From assembly GCF_009914755.1 (NCBI RefSeq), contig NC_060931.1: 64,000 bases of DNA; one strand, written 5' to 3'. Source of the DNA: the human T2T-CHM13v2.0 reference genome, Homo sapiens. Numbering within the stretch: the first letter of the stretch is position 1; each line of letters opens with the position of its first letter. The notes under the pieces were generated by a model. That model did no database searches. It had not been told where the DNA came from and saw only the letters and a program-made list of their open reading frames with translations. The position numbers and the translations under genes were made by a program. Below are positions 53,831-64,000 of the stretch, piece after piece.

Positions 53831-55270
53831 CTAGAGTGTTAATTACTTAAAATGGAATTCAACTATTTGCTTTATCAAGTAAGGTTGAAATTTAAGGTTT
53901 CTTCATTTATCCACTAGTGAGTAAGTTTGATTCAGAGTATTATAATTAAAAATTCTCTTCAAATTGGATGCTGTTCATAGACGACTAACACAAAGACGGA
54001 AAGTACTGGTTCTTGTTTGTATAGTTATGATCAGAAATAGGCCGTTCTGATTCATTTTGTATTTTAGAGACTAAATTAACTACTGTTTCAGAAAATAGAT
54101 CCTAAAGAAAGAAAATAGAGATAGGGATTGTTATAGCCACTAATAGCTGTAGACCTTTGGGGGCATGCAGTCGAAATGCCCAGAAACCACACTGGTGACT
54201 TTTTCTCAATTTAACTCTCTTTGGATAGAAGAAGGAAGCAATTCACTTTGGAAAGTAATTCAAAACATTACTTTTATGGAACAAATGTAAGCAAGCTAAT
54301 GTTGTGATTCAGACTGCAAAATTTGCATCATTTTCTTTTTAAGAATAAATCAGGAAATTCTACAGAAATTCCCCACCAAGCGTGGCTTATTCTTCTCTGC
54401 CCTTTGGTTTACTTTACAGACAGATTCTTAAAAACATTATTATTAGTGGATGGGACCTCAAGAGCAAGTTTAAAATACACTTCAAATGCTATAAAGAAAT
54501 ATTAAATAAAGGAAAATGATATACTGTTCTCTATTTCCTGAGCAAGAGGGGAAAGCACAAGGAATTCAGGTTACACACTGGAAAATATTGTTCATGTATA
54601 AAGATTTAAAGACATTGCAATGATTCTGTAACTGAAGGCAATAATTCTTAAGGAAAAGGTAAATTTCTATCAGTTTGGGGTGGTTGAATAATACTCTGTC
54701 TAGAAATAATTAACAAGATTTTATATAGTAAGATACCATTTTATAGATCTTGTAAAAACTACATTTACATTAAACTACATAAAAACTACATTATAATTTA
54801 TAAGCATGACTCCTTTTTTAATGAATTTGAAGGAGGACATATAATGATTATGTGTTTATTAACAAATATGTCAGTAACAAAAGGGAAGTAGTTTTGCTAG
54901 GTAAGTGTGGCAAAGGAAGATAAAGAACTCTGTCTTGAATTATCTACATCAGATGTTAGATGTGACAATGCTGTTTCAAGATCCCTGCTTCGACATGGAC
55001 ATAAGAAATATACAGAGACAATAATCAGTTATAAGGCTGAAATGTGTAAATTAATAGCTTAAACAGGCCAGTCATCGATGATATTATTGAAAGATCTGAT
55101 CAACTGAAAGATGAGTAAGATATATGTTGAGGATATATGATTTAAAGATGCAGATTAGGGTGACTTCTCATTGCTATCTACTGGAAGTTGCCTAATTTAA
55201 AACAAACAAACAAACCACAAGAACAAAAAAAAATGGAGTCTAGTTACTAGTTAGTGATTAAAAAGCTCAC

Positions 55271-55365
55271 CTGATACTATGATTATATGACAACCAAACT
55301 GAAGGGCATGACAAGCACACCTCTGACCTAAAACCTGATCAACTAAGAAACGGCCATCTAAGAAA
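55271..55365 (-). other. Candidate 95-nt exon
   Basis: Long U-rich tract, acceptor 'cttttatttaccag|TTTC' and consensus donor 'ATCAG|gtgagc'. Confidence 0.3.
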
Positions 55366-55609
55366 CTGGTAAATAAAAGTGTTGGTAAAACAAAAGAAAT
55401 TGGTAAAAAAAATAAAAATAAAAAATAGTACTCAAACAAACATAAAAAATGTAAAAAGTGATGAAACCTTTATTATTGAGGCAAAGAAAGATCCTTTGAA
55501 TACCTTTTTAAAGTAAGCATTGTGAAATCAGTCTCAAATGTGCTTTGTAACTCTTGGAACTTCCCTAAAGATTATTTTGCTGTGCAGCTCCGTATGTGCA
55601 TATATTCAC

Positions 55610-55792
55610 ACCAGACAGTAGACAGAGAACAAGAGGAAGCAGATTCCAGAAGCAGCAGCTGAGATCCAGTAAGTGTGCGTGGAGAAATTGTGTTTACCAT
55701 GTTATATGTTCTTTCTTCTTTGGAGGGTCAGGCTTGTGTCAGTGTTTTCAGAAACATTTTCACTAGAACAGATGAAAGTAGCACAAAGGAAG
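55610..55792 (+). other. Candidate 5' end of a plus-strand transcript: exon to 55668, 83-nt intron, 41-nt exon 55752-55792
   Basis: Donor CCA|gtaagt (55669), acceptor 'gtgttttcag|' (55751) or 'ttttcactag|' (55766), donor AAG|gtaaga (55793). TATA-like 'catatatt' at about 55599. Confidence 0.35.
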
Positions 55793-56169
55793 GTAAGAAG
55801 CTCATGCAGGCTTTCTTTTCTTTATATTTCCTGTGTTTGTCATTTATGGAATAAGAAAGGTCTAGTGACCCTTTAAGATTTTGCCCACAGTTCTGTTACA
55901 ATGTCTACAGAATATACTTCGGTTAGACCTAGAGAGTGTTTTTTTTTTCTTGGCCAATAGAATAATTTACATGTGGAATCTCACCACATGAAACTACAGA
56001 ATTTAAAGTCTGTTTCAGAAGGTAGAATATGAGAGAGCAGGGAAACTAAAAGATATCCTTCTATAATAAATCAAGATAAAAGTTAGAATGAACATTTCCC
56101 TTGTGGGTTTAAAATACCTATAATTGCCCTTTAAATGATAGCAATACACACACACAAATACACAAATAC

Positions 56170-56680
56170 TGACCAACACAGTCTTAACGTTCACCTCAGC
56201 TTGACCAAAGTGTAGACAGGCTTTCTTCTTGACTGTAGGCTTCAACCTCCCTCCTAACCTTTCTCTTCTTATGTTAGAAAACAGAATTGTAAATTATTTC
56301 TCTGCCCCTTTGAATATAAACCTTCTTTCAACTTCTTGACAATTTTACAACTCCATATAGTCTTTCTCAGAGATCCGTACCTCAGGAAAGACAGGGCTCT
56401 TATTTATCCCAGTTTCTGTGGGAAGGTAGAAGCCTAACTTTGATTAGTCCCACATCAGCAAACATAGATGGCCTAATCACATTGACCAGCCTCTCCCTTA
56501 ATGACCTACAGTGCATTTCTATTAATTTTCCCCAGCATTTAAACCCACTTGCTTTTTGTTCCATTGGAGCTGAGGTCAATTTCTCTCTTTTTTTCAGTAG
56601 TATTGACCCTTATATCAATAGTTTGAATAACTTTTTCATAGGCATTTAAAACAAGTGTCTGTGGCAATTTTTCTTTTTCA
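56170..56680 (+). mobile_element. MER67-like ERV1 (MER4 group) solo LTR
   Basis: Contains 'ctcagcttgaccaaa...tagacagg', 'aattgtaaattatttctctgcccctttga', 'ctgtgggaaggtagaagcctaactt' and 'gatggcctaatcacattgacca'. Confidence 0.8.
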
Positions 56681-56746
56681 ATACACACACGTGTGTGTAT
56701 TTTTAAAGAAAATAATATTTCCAATTATTTATATTAGGAATTTCTT

Positions 56747-57025
56747 AAGGCATACAAAAATACAGTTAAACAGAAGGAATAAGTTATAGTATTCAAAAGT
56801 TCCAGGTGAAAATTATAGTTAACAATAATTTATTGAATATTTTGAAATAGCTAGAAGAAAAAATTGTGTTTAATATTCCCAACACGAAGAAAATAAATAT
56901 TTGAGTTGATAGATATCCCAAATATCCTGATTTGATCATTATACATTATACACAGGTATCAAAATATCACATGTGCTCCCAAAATATGTACAACTATAAT
57001 ATTAATATAGCAATTAAAATAATTT
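56747..57025 (+). mobile_element. L1MA 3' end fragment
   Basis: Contains 'gaaggaataagtt...atagttaacaataatttattg...aaatagctagaaga...cctgatttgatcattatacatt...atcaaaatatcacatg'. Confidence 0.88.
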
Positions 57026-57339
57026 TAAAAATTTTAATTTTTCATTTTATTAATAATTTAAAGGCTATAGAAATAGGTTAAAACACAAAGGCAAAAAGGA
57101 TTATATAAATTAAAATTATTATATGTGGAAAATGAAGGAAATTCTAAGGCCAATGTTCAGAGAAATGGAGAAAGTACAAATTGCACCAATTAAGGGAAAA
57201 CTTCCAATTTTACATTCTATTACAATAAATAAAATGCATCCCTTTTATGCAATAAAATGTCATAGAAAGTCATAAGTATAGTCAGATTTGAAATATAAAA
57301 AATACATGTACTAGGAAAACATAACTTTTAATAATATGT

Positions 57340-57580
57340 ACCCCCATTACTATACACCAGGCGCAGGCGCTATTTAAAGTTGTTTGCATATGTAAACTTT
57401 TTATTGCACATAATGACTTTTTGAAGTATTATCCGCCATTTTACAGATGAGGAAACAGAAGCACAGAAAGAATAAATAACCTTTCCAAGGTCATGAAGGT
57501 AGTACCTGGCAAACCTAAAACTTAAATTCAGGAAGTCTGGTTCTAGATCTGTGCCCTCAATGTTATTGAATGCCTGCTCT
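57340..57580 (-). mobile_element. MIR SINE
   Basis: Contains 'ccattttacagatgaggaaacagaagcacagaaag...ccaaggtca'. Confidence 0.85.
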
Positions 57581-58451
57581 CCAAGCACCATCAACACAAC
57601 TTGTTGATGAGAAAAGGCTGAGATTGTTGCTTACTGTTCAAAGGGAAAATATCACAATGAGAGGTTTTGCAGTAGTGACTTGGCTAGGATCAGGTAAACA
57701 TCAAGATACAAACAGTATAGGATCCATAGGAACGTTTAGATAATGATATTTGATGCAAAGGATTTAAAACTTAGGGTACAAAGTGTCTGCTAATGAGTTC
57801 CATTGCAGATGGATTGATTGGGAAGTTCCTGTTATGAAATATTAAGCAAGTTGCTTGGGTTAGAGTCTCCAGGGATAGTAAAATCATGCTGAAGAAAACA
57901 ATGGAATAATTAAGTCATGTTACCATATATAGCAATCTCTATGAAGGTTAGGTAATTCTGTCTTCAATGTCCAACAGTGTATATGGGTATGTGGTTCTCT
58001 ACATTACTTAAAAGAACCCTATAGCAATTCGTGTTGTTATTTGAAAGCAGTGTGCCTGTATAATTTATCTTTCCAAGGTTGACATTTCAGTATGAGTTTA
58101 AAGCCCCATTTATGTTAGTAAGCCAATGAGGATAATTTGTAAATCAATCAGGGCGTTTTACAATTTCATTTGCTATCAATCAACTCTATGTAGGTGTTTC
58201 TTATTATGTACACTTATTAAGTACACTTACATATTAAAAATATGTAGGTGAACATATTTTGAACACACTTGAACTGAATAACACTGTTTAATGAGCCTCA
58301 CCGGTTTTCAGCCTTAAATGCAGACCTTATGATTTTGTCTAGGACATGTAAGGACACGCTGTTTCCACATGTGTATTTCCTTATCCATGCATTTTGAAAT
58401 TAGCATTTTCCCTTGCAAATACCTTGTTGCTTTATCTTTTGTCATTGTTTT

Positions 58452-58511
58452 AACTCATTATGAAACAACAACTTCTGCTGCAACTCATTACGAAACAGTA
58501 ACTTCTGCTGC
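58452..58511 (+). repeat. 30-bp tandem duplication (27/30 identical)
   Basis: aactcattatgaaacaacaacttctgctgc followed by aactcattacgaaacagtaacttctgctgc. Confidence 0.9.
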
Positions 58512-58641
58512 CAATAGAAACGTCAAAAAGAGAAACATGCTTTTTCCTAACAATCAAGCTACATCAAAGGGGTAATATAATGAAATAAACATCTATTTAT
58601 TCAATACATGCTAACTACCTGGTGTGTTAGGTCTCTTCATA

Positions 58642-58833
58642 TTAGGCTTGCCATATTTAAAAAATAAAAATACAGGACGACAAGTTAAGTTTGAATTGTA
58701 GATAAACCATAAATATATTTTTAGCATAAATATGTGTCATGCAATATTAGAACGTATACTAAAAAATTAATTGCTTGTTTGAAATTTAAATTTAATTGAG
58801 CTTTTGTGTTTTATGTGCTAATTCTTAGTGACC
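58642..58833. mobile_element. MER53 palindromic MITE
   Basis: Contains 'ttaggcttgcca...aaaatacaggac...agttaagtttgaatt...agataaac...tatactaaaaaatta...tgaaatttaaatttaattg'. Confidence 0.8.
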
Positions 58834-59221
58834 AGCCTTCATCTGACAAGAATTGAGAGAAGCTGAACCTACAGAGGACACATTTTTCTATCTCAGTCAT
58901 TTTGTTCTAAAAATGTTCCTTCTATCATTTTCTTTCATACACGTAGGCTGCCAGTTTCACTTAGGTGCAGAGATAAAGACTGATCTTTAGTATCTTTTTA
59001 TCCTTTACATGGACATAACTTAGTCTTTCTTAAGGTTAAAAAGCAAAATCAACCTGAGAATGTTATATAAAACAAATACTTATTTTGATAACTTTTACAA
59101 TCACTCTCTCATATTCCACATTTCTAATAAATACAGATACTGCCTGTTTAAAATTATAATCTATAGGGCAATTTTCAGAGATCTAAGACATTTTTAAAGA
59201 AATGAATAAATACCAACAATT

Positions 59222-59420
59222 CCTGAACACATGCAATATGCTCAGATCCGTATTAGAAGCTTCAAGACATTGTTTTAGAATTTTATTATTTAATTCTTAT
59301 AACATCTAGGTGATTTTTTTTTCCAATATGAGAAAGCTAGTTCAGTGGAGTTAATTCATTTCCTTAGGCTACAGGAATTGTAAATAGTGAAAGCAAAATT
59401 TGAACTAGGTCTTTCTCCAT
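59222..59420 (-). mobile_element. MIR (degenerate)
   Basis: Contains 'atttaattcttataaca...gtaaatagtgaaagcaaaatttgaactaggtct'. Confidence 0.5.
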
Positions 59421-59641
59421 CTATTAAACACATTTTGTCCATTTTATCAGCTGGATCTAGATTCCAATGAGCTTTAACCACTATATTAAATACATGTTGC
59501 CAAAAGAAGAAATCATCAATATCAGGGAAAGTCAGTCAGTTCCTATCAGGAAAAGTGAATATCCCAGAGATAGAATGCGCTCACTCTGGTAGGTATCAAG
59601 CCAACATGGTAACATCTATCACTCAAGTAAAGACTAGGGAA

Positions 59642-59983
<342 letters not shown>

Positions 59984-60122
59984 TCACCATGGGAAAGCAA
60001 GGTTCCGTTCTTTTGACTTTGCTGTGTCCTTCCCTCCATCCTAGTAAAGGAAGACAACTGACATGATGAGTCAAAGATGAAGAGATTCACTGGACTCTCA
60101 TAATTTTCTTTTATCTCTTGAC

Positions 60123-60714
60123 TGTGAGTTTCCCCAAAACCACTGTGTAACAAAATACTAAAAATGTAATGGCTTAAAAAATTCCCATTTATTGTTACAT
60201 AATTTTGTGAGTCAGAAGTCCAGGTAGACTTAGATGAGTTCCTGGCTTAAGGTCTCAAAGGTCAAAAGGTGTAGACCAGGCTGGGCTCTTATCTGTAGGC
60301 TCTGAGGAAGAATCAGCTTCTAAGCTCATTCAGTTTTTGGAAGAATTCAGTTCCTTGAGGTTACGACTGAGTTTCCTGTTGCTGGCTGTTAGCTTCTACA
60401 GGATGCCCACATTCCTTGTCACATATATTTCCTCCCTCAATCTTATAAGTATGCCACATGGAATACTTCTTAAGCTTGGAATCTCTGAGACATCCTCTTC
60501 TGTTACCAGACAGAGAAAACCCTGTGTTCTTCAAGAGTATAATTAAATTTTTCCCCAAAAATCCCTCTCTTTTGATTAATTTAAAATCAATTTATCAGTA
60601 GCCTTAGTTTCATCTTTGTCATACATAATCAGGGCATGATATATTATCATATTCACAAATCTAAGTTTAGGGCAGAAAATCATGAAGGACCATTTTAGGA
60701 TTCTGCTTACTACA
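60123..60714 (-). mobile_element. MLT1E-like MaLR LTR
   Basis: Contains 'gtaacaaaatac...tggcttaaa...gtcagaagtccagg...ggctctgaggaagaatc...agaattcagttcctt...ccattttaggattctgcttactaca'. Confidence 0.85.
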
Positions 60715-63056
60715 CATGATCTCTTGAACTCAAGAAGAATTAGAAGAAATTTCAAGATCATCTAGTTAATGGATGGATCTTCCAGATAGTGAGAACTAAA
60801 TTTAAGTCCTAATTCCATCCATAGACAAGTACTTCACATCACAAGGTTGTAGGGTAAAATTGGGCTTATTTTTTAACCACAGTGTTTGGAGTAAAATTAT
60901 CATTGGTAAATGGTAATGTCAATAGTCTTAAAACTAAATGCTGGAGGAAGAATACAAAAGATTGGTGAGGCTAAGCTGCTAACTGGTGGGTGTAAAGATC
61001 CAGTATCTAACCTGGGCATATTGGTCCCAGAAACCAAGACTGTTAAACTGATCAACAAATAACTAAGTTAGAAACTACATCAGATAAAAGAGTTAAGCAT
61101 TTCTAGGAGTAATCAATAAAACTGAGATAGAAATAGAGAAGGACCTAAATATTTACATGATTACCACTTTCCCCACTGCTGAGTAAAAAACTTCAGGGGA
61201 AAACACATGATAATCTTAATATACAAAATATAAAATAAATATGTGAAACAATGTCACCTGATAATTATACTAGTTATTTTAAAACAATAAAATGATTTAA
61301 TCTATTGAAATATAGAAATAAGATAAATGACATTAAGTGTATATAATGATGAATGCTACTACAATATTTTAGGAAGTTCATTAATCTAAGATGTGGGACA
61401 GATTTTAAGTCAAAAAATAAGCATTATTGGTAAGAACTGGGGCAAGATGTCAGTGGGGGGAGGTGAAAGGAATTTAATGTATCACTTTAAATGGCTATTC
61501 TATTATTTTGTGTTAATAATTGTATATGTGTTAAAATACAAGAATTTAGATACTGAAAATATCTTTAATATTAATATATAAGACTTATTAATATACATAG
61601 GTCAGTTCTCAAGGGATTGCTTTTATAATCCTACTCACTAAATCCAAATCATCAGGAAAATGAACATCTTCAAATTAAATCCAAGTTCTTTATAGAGCTG
61701 GGTGGTAAATATTTATCAATGTTTCTTTGTTCTTCTAAGCAGCTACAGCATTATTCTCTAGACTATTCTGTATCTGTAGACCCAAAAGAGCATCCGGTTA
61801 AAATTCATAGACCCTGGTTACTTAGAAACCTTATGAGCTAGATGTTTTTTTTTTACAAGTTAGAGCAAAAAGTTAAATCAATCCAGATCCATCTATTTTA
61901 TTCTCTGTTTGGGAATTGGAAGAATCTCTGTTTTTCTAGTGTTGGCGTATGACGGATAGCTATGGATAATGTAAACGTCACTTGACACTAAGCTGAGATG
62001 AGTTTGCATGATCGTGGCTGGAGAGTTTCAAAGACAGAAGTTACACAGTGATCAAAACACATACCAATTAAGATTTAAATTGGATTTTAAATATTTTAAG
62101 TAGTAATATAAAAACCATTGAGTTGTTTAGTCAAATAAGGAGATTTTAGCAGTCATCAAACCCCAGAAATATACCAATTCCAAAAATGCACAATCTGTGT
62201 ATTTTTTCAAAGCACGAAAAATTTCAGGGCTATAATAAACAAAAATGCCCACAATTACCTCTAAGCCACTTGTCCGGTTTTGTCTGCCACTACTCTCTCC
62301 ATTTATACTCTAGGCAACTACTTGATACTTTCTAATCATTTTCTAAACTTCCACTTTCCTGCTTATGAGATGTTGATTGTTTTAATATGGAATGATCTTC
62401 CCCTGTATTTCCATACTTTAGGTCATAAATCAAACAACCTGTCATCCTTGAAACATCCCTCCACTCTGCTGAGCTAGAAGTAATTTTGCTCTTTTGTCCT
62501 TTCCTAAAAGCATTTTGTTCAGATCTCCTAGCAAACCCTGTCTGAGAGACAAAATGGTGTACATATGTTATTGTGAGAGTTAAGAAAGAAGGGAAAATAA
62601 AAATGCATATATATAATTTAAATTTGTACAATAAATAGAAGGATACAAAGCATAAAATGTGAGAGAAAATAAACATTCTCAATGTGTCTACCTTTGTCCA
62701 CTTGATTTTTAGAACCAGGTGATGATCTGCTCAAAATATATTTGAATATATAAAAGACTACCTTGATTCATTGTTGATTGTTTATGAACATTCTCTCCCT
62801 TTTTTTGTAAAGTTCCTCTAAAAAAGAGGCTATAGACTGTATATCTTTTTTATCTCACGTCTGACTTTGTATAGTTTATGCATTAAAAGCACTGCAAAAC
62901 ACCATTACCCGACTCCTAATCCCTCCCATTAGGGTATATTCTAGAACAAAAGCTAATAAATGTCAATGCAAAGAACGCAAATCTTTATATTCTATAGAAA
63001 TAATGGTGTACTATAAACAGATTGATGATGAGACCAGTACTTCTTTTCTGACTTAA

Positions 63057-63403
<347 letters not shown>

Positions 63404-64000
63404 AGTATTTACTCATTCTTAAAGAGATAAATGTGTAACTAATTGACTTAGTATCTTGGAAAAAATACATATCTCATTCTTAGACTACAAAAGAAAGCAT
63501 CTTCAAGTCTAGGAAATTAAAACTAAAGGTTAGCCTGTGGACTATCAGGATAAGAATGTATTCCAGATCACCTTGAAGTTCCAGTACCCTAGTAGATTAG
63601 GGTATTGTACATTATATGGTACATTTCATTACAAATTTAATGTTTCCTTTTTCTTTGACTACAATGAAAGATGTCCTCTGCACCAACTAATCTCCTACTC
63701 TACCAGATTCCCAATGTCGTCATCACTACCTATCCCTTTTCTTGTTGTTGTTTTCCCTGAGGTCTGGGAATAATATACCTCTCTTTCCCCTTTGACCAGG
63801 GGAAATGCTAAGGATAGTCTAAATTAGAGCCTAAGCTAGTCTAATTGGCTGAGAGGGAGTTTGAGATTTGCAGACTTCTAAATTAGTCCTAGATTCCTAA
63901 TTAGCTCAACAGGGAACAAAATTGCATTCAGCCTTCCTTCCTTTTTCTGATCCTCCCTCAACTTGGCAAGGCAATCTGCAACCCAAGAGGTTCAGTAAAA

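Noticed and set aside
57600-57960. Possible additional old LTR remnant
   Set aside because: LTR-like feel, but no termini, TSD or family could be established.

Overview
AT-rich, CpG-poor primate genomic DNA with no CpG island. It is very likely human, given the AluY copies and one apparently undiverged young AluY-subfamily insertion. Most of the window is non-coding and rich in interspersed repeats: seven full-length or near-full-length Alus plus one FLAM, about ten solo LTRs (one nested inside another), old L1/L2/MIR fragments, MER DNA-transposon relics and microsatellites. I cannot recognise any known protein-coding gene, and none of the supplied ORFs is credible as a stand-alone gene. By eye, the minus strand carries several exon-like segments with canonical splice sites and poly(A) signals. 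Three of them splice in phase into an unrecognised 99-aa ORF, which is a hypothesis only. A short two-exon plus-strand 5' end may lie near 55.6 kb. The most striking direct sequence features are a perfect 32-bp inverted repeat (8382-8456), an ungapped ~110-bp duplication with H/ACA-snoRNA-like architecture (8046/12665), a very young Alu (59642-59940) and an LTR inserted at another LTR's TATA box (45843-46428). Repeat family names come from remembered consensus sequences and need RepeatMasker/Dfam confirmation. I see no evidence for a prokaryote-style system (CRISPR, operon).
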